Shown here: positions 52,018 through 64,000 of the stretch, in pieces
Numbering within the stretch: position 1 is the stretch's first letter
Layout: each line of letters opens with the position of its first letter
Assembly (NCBI GenBank): GCA_964016885.1
Contig: OZ024740.1
Coordinates: 236,592,001-236,656,000 of the forward strand
Source: Eledone cirrhosa
Taxonomy: Eukaryota
DNA length: 64,000 nt
Direction of reading: 5' to 3'
The notes under the pieces: model-generated
What the model saw: only the letters and a program-made list of their open reading frames with translations
The model's database searches: none
What the model was told of the DNA's origin: nothing
Translations under genes and position numbers: made by a program

Positions 52018-52550
52018 TATATAGCAGTTGTATTTCTTTTATAAGATTCTTGATGTGAAACTGTGTGTTGAAACAGTTACTGGAATAGTAACACCCCACC
52101 CCACAACCTAATGACTGAAGACAGAATAGGACACATAAAGAAAGAAAACATAGGAAGACACAGACACAAACATTGAAATATACAAACCCACACACATGCA
52201 CACATGACACACATACACATTCTAAACACAAAGATAAACACATAGATGCAGACACAAACGCAGACAAGAAAATGCACCATAAAAAGACTAAATGAAATAA
52301 ACAAAATAAGATCAGAAAGAAGAGGAGGCACAGAGAAGAACAAATAGTCATTGTGGAGGTCACAGAATGTGTGATGAAAGAGTTTTGATAATCCAATAAC
52401 TAATAACAATAAAGCTGAAGTGAAAGTCAAATAGTGCATGTGTTTTTATTAGCAAAACTAGCAACATGACCATCTGAAAATATAACAATATCTGTTTCAA
52501 CACACTATTTCACATCAAGAATCTTCTAAAAGAAATACAACTACTATATA
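52018..52550. repeat. Element bounded by inverted repeats of about 60 bp; interior related to 41530-41720
   Basis: agttgtatttctttt..gatgtgaaa..tgtgttgaaacag is inverted at 52493-52550; cacagaatgtgtgatgaaaga is shared with about 41592. Confidence 0.65.
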
Positions 52551-52852
52551 TGTCAGCATAGTATTAATTTTTTACCAACTGTGGCAATAATTGATAAGTA
52601 TTTCCCTTTAAAGTTTGAAATAAATTACACTCTCAATAGGTTTTTATCAATGTAATACAGGCTGTCTAAAAATTAGTACTTTATAGTAAACATACTCTAC
52701 TTCTTTTGTATTCTTATATATTTATAATATTTGTGTCAAACATTTCATTTAAGAGAATAATTTTTCTAATAATTTTATAGCACCCCAGACATAAAGATAT
52801 ATTAGGAATAGAAATAAATAAATTAATTGATTTATAAATATATTTTTCCCAA

Positions 52853-53036
52853 ACCTTCCACCTAAGAATTTCAAATATCTGGAATTTCTTTTCCAACCTG
52901 TTTTCCCTACAGAAATTGAGTATTAGATATTTATACGGAATATCAACCACATCAATCATACCAGTCTTGGAAAGCATATGGTGGTCATGGGTACAACTTC
53001 TTTTTGACTCAATACATGAAAAAGAATTAGCTATTC
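52853..53036 (-). CDS. Candidate internal exon (IANSFSCIESKRSCTHDHHMLSKTGMIDVVDIPYKYLILNFCRENRLEKKFQIFEILRWK)
   Basis: taattcag acceptor, about 60 open codons in AT-rich DNA, AAG|GTTTGG donor; boundaries approximate. Confidence 0.3.
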
Positions 53037-54679
53037 TGAATTACTAGTGATATGAAATTCTATGAAAAATATGCCTATGTATGTCTGATTATATAATAGT
53101 ATGATGATAATTATTAGCTATTACGGTTTCATAAGTCAAATCTATAGAGTTACAATTAAAACTCAAGACTGATGAATTTGGGTAGTATAGGATGCAGCAT
53201 GACCAAATGGTTAAGAAGTTCACTTTGCAAGTTTAATTTCACAGTGTGGCATCTTGGGCAAATATCATTTACTATAGCCTTGTATCAACTGAAGCCTTAT
53301 GTGTGAAATCAGGTAGGCAAAACTACTTAGAAGCCTGTCAAATGGACTACATTGGATATTCAAAGGGCCAGCTTTGTCACACTGAATCTCCCTGAGAATT
53401 ACATTAAGGGCATATATGTATGTGGAATGTTCAGCCACTTGCATGTTCTGTTGATCAAACAACTGGAACACTCATCATCAAAATGACAAAGTTCCATTCC
53501 ATATCATATAGTACTAGATTCAAAGCACACCCAGTCTTTGTTTTATTCACATTCAGCTGGTTATGATTAATCACATTGCAGCTTAAGTATTTTGTGAACA
53601 TATTGAAACCTCGTCTAGCTGTATCAACAAACATGGATTACAATTTGTGTAATAAGCTGCCTATGTTAGTCTGTGTAACAACCAGCTGATGTTTTAGCTT
53701 GTTTAACAGCCTGCTGCTGCTACAATTTCAATAACAGCTTGCCAGTGTTTCAGTCTGAGATAATGTAAGTTGTGTAACAAGAATTACTGTTAGTTTGGTA
53801 TAACAGACTATTTACATTAACGGTTTGTCCAATGTTCTACAGAATCAAACATAATTTAAACATTTTAATCTTTATGAATGCTATATAGAAAATATAATAG
53901 AAATGCACAATATCTTTCAATCTAATAAGCTATGAATATATTGCTTCTGACAAGCTGGCAATGCTACAGAAATGTAATTATTAACCAGTCTATTGTTCTT
54001 ATTAGTTGGCTGCCTATCATAGTTCATTATTTAATTATTTAGTTAACACAGACAATGACATTAAATATTAACTAACAAGTAAATTAACGTCATATATCTA
54101 GATAGTATTTAGCTGTACCAGAAAATAACAGCCAATTCTTCACAAATAATATTATTTTTCAGTCAATCTAATTAGATGTCACACATGTTTCTCCCTTTCT
54201 CAGATTATGAGCCTTGGAATTGTAGTGTGTGTATGTGTTTATGATGGTTGACTGAATCAATTCTGAATTATGAGACTTTGCCCAGCAAGTTAGAAATGTG
54301 TATGTTGTTTCTATGCATAATTGTATTGTAGTTTAGTAAAGCAGATGTGATAGTTGTGGAACTACAACTCACTACATTTACAACTACGGCAACAAATGTG
54401 AGATATCTACCCAACTTAGTATAGTTAGGAAGATATGAAGTAGTCAGGAATGTCACCTGAATTAATCCACTTTGCATCAACACTCCAGAGTTTTATTCAA
54501 ATTCTATAACCCTGCTTCACCAGACATTTCAAGGAATTGTCATTTAATAGAATCTAGATGGATCCTCAGCATTGCTCAGGGAAAAATGCTCTGAATTGGT
54601 GGCCATTTTGTTGAATGAGAATCATGGTAATTCTATTGCATGATCATGGTTGGAACACTTTAAAACATCTGGATGGTTA

Positions 54680-54847
54680 CCGCATTTCCCGGCGCCAAAG
54701 ATGCTTCATCCTCGAGGACACACCCTAATTTTGACAACAAAAAATTTGAAAAAAAATAATAAACAACCTTCGGCCTCCAGGATGCATGGTGGATTTTTAA
54801 GACTTATTTTAGGAAAAAAATAGCGTCTTCGACGCCGGGAAATACGG
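54680..54847. mobile_element. Tc1/mariner (pogo/Tc2-like) MITE
   Basis: TA TSD; TIR ccgcatttcccggcgccaaagatgct / agcgtcttcgacgccgggaaatacgg. Confidence 0.8.
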
Positions 54848-56669
54848 TACATTAAAAGAAGAATAGATTGTCACAGTTGGTACACTGTTAAAAAAGGATG
54901 AATGATCATGGTTGCAGCACCATTTAAAAAGGTGGTAGAAAATGCCATTAAAAAAGAAGCACCATTAAATAAGAGGGTTAATGGTCAAAGTTGAAGAGCA
55001 ACATAAAAAAAGACAAAGACTGAAAGAGAGGAGAGCAGTTGGATACAAGAAAAATTCCACAATAAGAGTCCCTCTGTGTGAACGTATATATATATGAGGG
55101 AGACTGAGATTATCTTTATATAATGCATGTAAGTATGATTTACAAACACAAGCTAACTATTAGCCATTGAACAGAGTAGACACAAAACAAAAACAGAAGA
55201 TTCAATATTTACAAACATCAAGATTATATACATAATAAATAGCTGTTTAAAACCATCTATTAACTATCTCAATCATGTCACAGATATCCTTCCATATTTG
55301 TAATTCATAGTAAATAAACATCATGACTATACAAAATAAATAGTTATTTAAATTTACTGAAATGATTATGTTATAGATATCCTTCCATACCTACAATTCA
55401 TATTAAGAAAAAATAAAAAATGTAACCTAATATTAGTATATTTCAAATTATTTAATGCAAAAAAGCATATTCAAGAGAACATAAAAGAAAACATTTTTAA
55501 TGTAGAATGGATTGTTTGAGCTACAATTGAGTTACAAACAAGTATACAAACAAATTTTAGTATCACAGAGATGAGTCAATCATCATCATCATCATCATCT
55601 TTTAACATCCATTTTCTGACCAACTGATAGGTTGGACTGAGTACTTTTTCATTATCACCAGCATGACCACTTTACGGGGTGGACTGAGTGCTTTTTGTCA
55701 TGCCACCAATACAACCACTTTATAGGGTGGGCTGGGTGCTTTATTTGATTTTACATATATATAATCATTCTCAACATCAGTTAACACATGTTATCCCATA
55801 ATAACATGGGTTGGACAGATATGTATGTATCCATGATAGGGTTTGGGTTGTGCATGTGAGAGAGAGAGAGTGTGTGTATGGAAAAAGAGACAAGGATAAT
55901 AAGTGGGGGGGGGGGGGGCATTTTGTAAATGTCCAGCTGTCTCATGGTACATGAGCAGGAATGTTTATGGTTGACATAAGCTCTAGAGAAGCTCGTTTCC
56001 TGTGTTTTGCAAACTACCTTCACCTATCTATAGCTTGAAACTTCATGTATGAAAGGAATCAATAAAAGCACTAGGTGGACACACGTGTAAAGGATTTCCT
56101 TTACCCTTCAGTCTTTGTAATATATCTATATAACAGTGTGGGATTGTATGCAAGTGTGTCAATCAGAATTACAAATCAATATCTATAGGTTTCGTGCAGC
56201 TATTGAACAAAAAAACATAAACAAGATCATAAGGCACAGTTGAATCATAACACATATGGTACATCATGTCAACCAAAGCCTTGTAAATATTTTGTAATTG
56301 TGTATATGTATAAGTATATATATAAGGTGAATTGCCAGTCATTAGAATGTCAGGTAGAATGCTTTATGGTATTCGTTCCGGCTCTCTGCTCTCTGAGTTC
56401 AAATCCCACACAGGTCAACTTTGCCTTTCATCCTTTCGAGGTCAATAAAAAATGTACCAGTCTAGTACTGGGGTTGATTCTTCCTCTATATCTCTCTTTC
56501 TCATTTCCTCTCTCTCACTTTCTATCTTTCTCTGGAAGAAATCTGCTGTACTCAGGCCTGGAGAGGGATGGGCTGCACCAGGCTTAAAATGCCCAAGAAA
56601 CACTGTATATCAATACGGTGCCCCTACGGCTCTATCAAGAGTTATGGGACCATACATACATACATATAT

Positions 56670-57865
56670 ATCATCATCATTGTTATTATGTCCATTTTTC
56701 CAAGCTCATATGGATTAGACGGGTCTTTTCTCTCCATCTCCGTGTTCCTTCGTCATCTCCTCTGTGAGTCTCAGCAATCTGAGATCAACTCTCAGAACCT
56801 CTGCCCAGGTCTTCCTTGATCTGCCTCTACTGTGGCTTCTTTCTACAGGGTTATCTTGGCATTAATTCACCCAACGATAATCATCCATGTGCATCACATG
56901 CCCATACCAATGCAATCTTCTCTCCTGCACATCCAATGAAACATGGTTGCTTCATTTCTCTTCAGTCTACACATGTCCTCTGCAGTTACTACCCATGTTT
57001 TGTTACCATGCAGCATCACACTTTGCACACAGGCATCATACTGCTGTCCTTTTGTACATAGGGAGAAACCTTTTTGTTGTCAACAGTGAGAGTAGCTCCC
57101 TAAACTTCTTCCATCCTATCCTTATTCTAGCTATTATGCTCTCAGAACACCCTCCTCTGCTGTTAATTAGGTCACCTAGATAACAGAAGCTATTAACCAC
57201 TTCTATGGATTCTTCATTTGATTGGAAAAGATTTATATCACTGATGCTCTTCCCATTGATTACCCATGTGCAACTTCTACACACAAAGTCCTCCCTAAAT
57301 ATACATAAAAGGACAAATACAGAAAAGCAACCAGCAAACATGAACAAGGAAATACCATAATCAGCTATCTTCCTACTTTCACACAATTATACATCATCAT
57401 CTTTTAATGTCTATCTTCCACGATAGCATGGGTTAGACGAGAATTGTCCCACTTGAGGCAAGATTGATCGGGTGACCGTGTCTCACTCGTATAGGACTGT
57501 GTCTGGCAAGTTTTCTATGGCTGGATGCCCTTCCTAACACCAACCACATTTACAGTGTGGACTGGGAGCCTTTTTACCGTGTCTCCTACACAACCACTTT
57601 ACGGTGTGGACTGAGTGCTTTTTGTTGACACTTACACAACCACTTTAGTGTGGACTGGATGTTTTGTGGTACCAATACAACATTACAGAGAAAGGATGGT
57701 GTGGGAGGATGGAGTAGGGGTAGTGGGTTGGGGTGTATATTTGGTTAAGAGGTGCCTACTAACTGTAGGTTTAAATTTGTATGTAAGGAAAGATGGGTCT
57801 TCTGTATTACTGCGTAGCGCCAAAGATCTCGATCCAGTGACATTGTCTTAGAGAGGTGTAAGTGT
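56670..57865 (-). mobile_element. Older RTE 3' fragment followed by an RTE-tail SINE copy
   Basis: VVNSFCYLGDLINSRGGCSESIIARIRIGWKKFRELL; 57390-57860 parallels 29250-29700. Confidence 0.8.
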
Positions 57866-58969
57866 GCAATATATATGCATGTTTGTGTGCATGTGTATGG
57901 ATGTGTATACACTAGTAGAATACCTGGTATTGCACAGGTTGAAAAGTAGCTATAAATGCTCCAGAATATTTTTTTATGAAGCTAAATTTTATCTAATAGA
58001 ACACTATTGGATTTCTTTTCAAATGTTAGCACTCATGTACGAAATGATTTTATTTTTTTTCAAAATGTTCATTGCATTCTGGTGCCTAATGCACTGTGAT
58101 ACAGTGGAAAACAGAGGTAACTCACACATTCTAATATTGGAACTAGCCAAGCTCAATACTTAAAACAATAAAGAAATGACATTAAGAATTGTGATGAATC
58201 CCAGATTTATGATATTAATTTTGTAATTATCATAGCTTTATGAATTCTGAACACTTGCATGACAGTATCTCAGAGAGCACTATGTATGTATGTTCTGGTT
58301 TTATAATTTCACAAATTTTTGCCAATAGAGAGAGAGCCAGTTTCTAACATAGATACAAGACTCTCACATTGGAATTTACATAACAGTAACTAGGTAGATA
58401 TGTATGCATGTCTGCATACATGCATGTGTGTGCTGGTATGGATGTTATTGTATGTGTGGATGTGGATGTTTTGAGTTGTGGGTATGTATGTATGTATGTA
58501 TGTGTGTGTATGTATGTGTGTGTTTATATATGTAATGTATGTATGTATGTATGCATGCATGCATGTGTGTGTGTGTATGTGTGTATGTATATGTGTCTCT
58601 GTGTCTTTGTGGAGTGTATGTGTGTGTGTATGTCTCTGCAGTGAGTGTGTGTATGTATGTATGCATGTATGTATCATATGTATGATCACTAGCATTGCCA
58701 TCGTCTCCATTGTCACCACCATCACTGGCAATGGTGTAACAAGACTGCATGGCTACAGTTAGCATTACGTCAAAATTACAATTATCCAATTTACAATCAA
58801 ATTCAGTGAAAAAGATGTGATCTGAAGAGAGTATTAGAGACCTGGGAAAAATATATTCTAATTATATTCACAGTTTACATAATAGTGTGTGTTGAGGGGG
58901 GGGGGGGGGGGTGAATACATAACTGTATTTAGTATACAGTGATTTTAGCTTTCAACTCTACAAGTTTAA

Positions 58970-59168
58970 CCCTTTAGCATTTAAACCAACCGTATTTGGC
59001 CAGAATTCTTTCTGTTCAAACCGGCCACAACTATCCACTCATACTGGTATTAAGATATTGTTCTCAAAATAAATAACATCAAAATCTCATAGATTCGATA
59101 TTATGTGAGGTAAAGCCTTTATCATGAAAATACAATTGTATATATAGAGTAATGTAAATGATAAAGGG
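58970..59168. mobile_element. piggyBac-type MITE, copy 2 (opposite orientation)
   Basis: ttaa-ccctttagcatttaaacc..taaatgataaaggg; interior is the reverse complement of 35943-36150. Confidence 0.78.
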
Positions 59169-59477
59169 CTAAGAACAAAAATAAAATTAAAAGCTTATAA
59201 AAATGAAGAAAACAATTGTGAAAAACTGATAGTGACATATGATAAAATGACTGGTAAATGAAATCTCTTTATAAGCAGTAAACTCTGCATGTATTATGAT
59301 GTCTGAACACTTAATGGACATATGTTGATTAGCAACTAAAAACGAACAGTAGTTAGTCACTTATCTATTATAAGCTTTTATTTAATGTGAAAGTAATTTA
59401 TGTAAACACGTTGTTATCATTATTACTATCATTACTATCACTGTCATCATCATCACCATCATCATCTATCCATTTAC

Positions 59478-59640
59478 CTTCAGTAATTGAGAGTGGGGAA
59501 ATTCAGTGAAATTATTGATGGCTATTTCCTTCTTTGTTCTGGAGAGCTGAGCAGTTGACCTGAATAATTTTCCAGCAGGAGCTATAGGATAGTTTACTTG
59601 TTGTTCAAGAGATAGAGGAGACAAGGATCCATTTGAATGG
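59478..59640 (-). CDS. Candidate internal exon (HSNGSLSPLSLEQQVNYPIAPAGKLFRSTAQLSRTKKEIAINNFTEFPHSQLLK)
   Basis: tcttttttattgataaag acceptor, AAG|GTAAAT donor, only one frame open over 163 nt, higher GC than flanks. Confidence 0.45.
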
Positions 59641-60419
59641 CTTTATCAATAAAAAAGATAAATTATTTAGATAACAATTATTTCACATAATAAATGCAAT
59701 GACAAAATTGGCAATTAACTGTAAATAATAGCAAATCCACATACTTAGTTGTTGGTTATTTAAACCATGATTAACCATAACTATCCAAACTTTTACCCAG
59801 ACACAGTATAACTATAAGTACATCATCCAATCTGGCCTTCGTTTTTAAAACAATAGACTTGGGGAAGATTTTGCCAATATTTCTAGCAGGGCTAGCATCC
59901 AACATAAAAACTTCCTTAATTCTAGATAGATATAAATATACACATATATATTAATTATAGCTGCAAAGCTATACTAGTGTGTTTAACAAACTCTTCAAAA
60001 CTGGTACAAGTTTTGAAGTGTATGTTAAGCATAAAACTCAAGAACTTAAAGTCAGTGGTATAGTTTCACAGCTTTAATAAATTATACATCCCCCTACTTA
60101 TATATTGAGTTTCGTTGCTCCCACTTGCACAGCCAAACAGATATACAAGATATGCTGAAAAGGTATCCAACTTTTTTTTCCCATGGAAAATAATGACAAA
60201 AGTATGCAGAGCGGAGCTGCATACATTCATACGCATGCAAGGGTTTTGGTGAGCTCATGAGATGCATCAGTTACTATTAGGTACAGAACTACTTGTTGCA
60301 TTGTCATTTTGCCCAATACTGCTAACAAGAGTCCTGAGTTCTTGAATATTATAACTTAAAATAAAACATGCATACAGCTTGAAAACCTAAGTTCACTTAT
60401 CACAGTTGAAGCATCCAAC

Positions 60420-60735
60420 AGAACCAAGGTCCAAAAAAGCATGCCAACCACCAAGGCATTGTGCATTACAAATACACACCAGAAGGACAAACAGTCACAA
60501 AGGAGCACTATCAGGAAGTCCTTCAACACCATTGTGACACTGTTCAGTGCAAGCGACTGAATCTGTAGGCCTCACAAAACTGGCAACTGCATGATGACAA
60601 TGTCCCAGCTGATTCATCACAGCTGATACAAGGTTTCTTGACAAAGAAAGGCACTTGGCTTATTCACTAAAGATTTGGCTCCTTCTGACTTCTGGTTGTT
60701 CCCAGAAATAAAGATGCCAGTGAAAGGGAGGACAT
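60420..60735 (+). pseudogene. Mariner transposase relic
   Basis: EGQTVTKEHYQEVL, WQLHDDNVPA, DLAPSDFWLFPEIK. Confidence 0.78.
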
Positions 60736-61014
60736 TATGCAAACTTTGATGGCAGAGATGAGAGCCATTCTTGAAGAAGCATTCCTGGTGATAGTTTAAG
60801 TTAACCACTGAAGAACAGATATAGTCTATCTGACAGCTTCCCCCACTGTTTGTCAGCTTAATTTCATTCACAAAACTTGGTTTCAGTTGAGCCTATGATA
60901 GAAAACACTTGATCAACAAACTATACAATGGGATCAAACCTGAAACCATATAATTATGAAGTGAATGTATTAACCATAGAGCTATGTCTATGACATATAA
61001 AGGTGCTATAATTG

Positions 61015-61246
61015 GTTTCGGAAATTCCAGGACTTATCAAACAATTATTTTTTCCAGCCTGTGGCGTTCGAGATGTTCGTTTGAGTTGGGCCACTGACAG
61101 TGAAGTTCTTGTCTTCACTGGCAGCTCGCCTTACTGAGGTGTCAAGTGATGCCTGTGAGGGTGCTTGGTTATTTCAGCACCTTAGCCTCGCCACCACCCG
61201 TGGTAATGCTGCTAGCATGTTGGCTTTCCTGAAAGTGTACAATTAA
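61015..61246 (+). pseudogene. CRE-clade non-LTR retrotransposon C-terminal restriction-like endonuclease fragment
   Basis: RKFQDLSNNYFFQPVAFEMFV*VGP..FLSSLAARL..EGAWLFQHLSLATTRGNAASML fits the CRE pattern P.A.ET.G..L.QRLS.A.QRGNA. Confidence 0.75.
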
Positions 61247-61441
61247 CCCCCAAGGTGTGGTGTTGCCAATTGTCGCACTTGGTGGTGAATTGCCCCTCCC
61301 CCTTTTTTTCTTCTTTCATTCCTTTATCATTTTTGTTCATAATTTTATATTTTTGTGTCATTATACATGGTTTTGACATACACATGTAATTTGTTTGTGC
61401 TTTCATTCTGTAGGCATTGTATTATTATATTTCTTTTTATA

Positions 61442-62488
61442 CAAATGCAAACAATGGGTACACAAGAGATGTAGCGGGATCTCAGGAAGCTTAATTAAGA
61501 ATGTAGGATTCACATGCAGCAGCTGTGCTGAAACAGCAAGCAAACAGCCACAGGAAACAAGTACCACCAATCTCTGGGAGGGCCCTGTAGAAACAGTAGA
61601 CAGCTTCTGCTACCTAGGTGACCGAATTAGCAACGGAGGTGGGTGCTCAGAAAGTACAATAACTAGGGTAAGAACGGGATGGAAGAAGTTTAGGGAACTA
61701 CTACCACTGCTAGCTGCAAAAGGCTTCTCCCTCAGAATGAAAGGCAGACTGTATGATGCGTGTATCCGAACAGCGATGTTGCATGGTAGTGAGACCTGGG
61801 CGCTGAAGGTGGAAGACTTACGTAGATTAGAGAGAAACGAAGCCTGCATGCTCCGATGGATGTGTAACAGTAATATACGTGAACGACAAAGCATAAATGA
61901 ATTGAGAGAGAGACTGAGCATAAGAGGAATCAAATGCTGCGTGCAGGAGAGGCGGTTACGCTGGTATGGACATGTGATGCGTATGAAGGATGACAGCTGC
62001 ATAAAAAGGTGCAGAGCACTAGAAGTTGATGGAAACCGCGGAGTGGGGAGACCCAAGATGACTTGGGATGAGGTGATAAAAGCCGACCTTACCCAACTAC
62101 ACCTCTCAAAGTCAATGACACACGACCGTGACTTCTGGCGTCACGCAGTAATACAGGGTACCCGACCTCCCATGGGTACATGCTGAAGCATATAAACAAT
62201 ATGCCCCCCCCCCCCCCCACCGCAAGGTGGTCGTGGAGGTGCCACGGCAAAAAAGCACCCAGCCCACACTGTAAAGTGGACGTGTAGGCGCCACGAAAAA
62301 GCACCCAGCACTCACTGTAAATGAGGTTGGTGTTAGGAAGGGCATCCAGCTGTAGAAATCAAGCCAGATCAGTTCCTGTATGAGCAAGGCATGGTCAGCC
62401 GACCAGACACTGCCCACAACAGGACAACCCGTCTAACCCATGCTAGCGTGGAAGAACGGACGTAAAACGGTGATGATGATGATGATGA
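61442..62488 (+). mobile_element. Young RTE 3' copy 3
   Basis: ORF to 62186 near-identical to the C-terminal half of 18330-19819; same 3' UTR; (GAT)n tail. Confidence 0.95.
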
Positions 62489-62589
62489 CAACTGTGAATA
62501 AACTTATAATAACTTCTGATTAGAAGGATTATATACAATTATTTTCATTTTAAACAAACACTAAAACCACACCCGGTCAAAGGCTTTCT

Positions 62590-63675
62590 TGAAGTTAAAG
62601 TTGATTTCAAGAAAGCCTTCGACAGGGTGTGACACGATGCACTGTGGGCGACCACGAAGCAATATAATTTGGGCCAAAAGATCATTCACACCAATCAACA
62701 GCTCTATCTGAAAGCCTCAATTAAAGTACTTGTCCAAAGCAAAATGGGGGACTGGTTCCACACATCAGTAGGTGTCCAACAGGGCTGTCTCCTCTCCCTG
62801 ACACTGTTCAACATCTTCCTTGAGTGAATCATGACCAACACCCTAGAAGGCAACCCTGGCATATTTAGTATAGCAGGACAAATTATCACAAACCTCAGGT
62901 TCGCTGATGACATCAACGGGTTAGCTAGAAGTGAAGAACTCGCTGAGCTGATGAACCGCTTGGACGTAACTTCTGCCAGATACAGCATGGAGATCAGCAC
63001 TGAGAAAATCAGGCTGATGAGAAACACCACAAAACCAATAGATATAAGTATCACAGTCAGTGATCAAGAACTGAATACTATGTCACAGTTCAAGTACCTT
63101 GGTGCCATGATAAGTCAAGAGGGATCCGAGCCAGAGGTCTTTGCAAGGAGTGCTTTAACAGCCACAACACTTTCTAAGCTGAAACTTCTCTGGAGAGATA
63201 AAAGTACCACTCTCAGATACAAAAACTCCTGCATGGCCCTATTCATCTTTCTATACGCATGAGAGTTATGAACCCTGACCACTGAACTGCAAAGAAAGAT
63301 CCAAACAGTAGAGATGAGATGCTATAGAAGAATCCTGGGAATTTCCTACACAGAACACATCACAAATGAGGTCTGCAAAAGAATCACCTTGCTGACAACA
63401 GTGAAAAGGAGGAAGTTGAGGTGGTATAGGCATATAACAAGATTAGACGGACTATCTAAGACAATTCTACAAGGAACAGTGCAGGGAAAGAAAGGCGGAC
63501 CAGACAGAAGAAGCAGTAGACAGACAACATAGCTGAGTGGATGGGAAAAAATTTACCACAACCCAAGAATTCGCCCATGACCACCAGAGCTAGAGGCAGT
63601 TGGTGCAGCATTCAACACTGCATGTCCCAACAACCCCCAAAAAGGGCTAAGGGACCATGACAATGATGATGATGA
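62590..63675 (+). mobile_element. Degenerate RTE (BovB-like) RT and 3' fragment
   Basis: VDFKKAFDRV, GVQQGCLLSLTLFNIFLE, NLRFADDI, QFKYLGAMI, MRCYRRILGISY, RRKLRWY; (GAT)n tail. Confidence 0.85.
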
Positions 63676-63727
63676 CTAAAACCACAAATTTAGAATTTTA
63701 AGTTTAAATTAATTTCTATATATTTAA

Positions 63728-63957
63728 CCTTTTCATGACCAGATTTCTAATGAAATACATTGTATTTCAATTAATGAAGAATTTGAAGGGATTTACTGCA
63801 ATATTTTGTTGTTAAAATGGTATTTGTAAGACAACATAACAAGAGGTTCTTATATCAAATTATGTTGGAAGATTTTAATTTAAAAAAGAACCTTTTAATA
63901 TCTGTGGTTTTGTTTCATAGAACCAGAGGCAGATTTGAGCAGGTTGGTATCAAAGGG
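63728..63957. mobile_element. piggyBac-type MITE, second family (degenerate)
   Basis: ttaa-ccttttcatgacc..ggtatcaaaggg-ttaa; related ends at about 30780 and 35862. Confidence 0.55.
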
Positions 63958-64000
63958 TTAAACATATATCATTTTTATATTGCTTGATTTTTTTTTTTAC

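Overview
AT-rich, microsatellite-dense eukaryotic DNA. The SINE families and the (TA)n/(ATC)n landscape point to an octopod cephalopod. The window is almost entirely intronic or intergenic repeat sequence: RTE LINEs (three near-identical young copies plus old Rex3/Expander-like and BovB-like fragments), an L1/Tx1 LINE, CR1 fragments, a CRE-clade fragment, three Penelope-like elements (PLEs), a DD37D (maT) transposon, a mariner relic, several MITEs, a solo LTR, and a young non-coding LTR element with identical 370-bp LTRs and a tRNA-Trp primer binding site (PBS). A few weak candidate exons of a minus-strand host gene are present. The most striking signal is about 11 type I hammerhead ribozyme (HHR) motifs in several sequence families, mostly in PLE-derived 3' ends inserted in (TA)n tracts. 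They include a perfect 205-bp-arm palindrome with back-to-back hammerheads and two copies of a U3-A8 core variant. Most ORFs in the track are microsatellite or antisense artefacts. All calls were made by eye; no searches were run.
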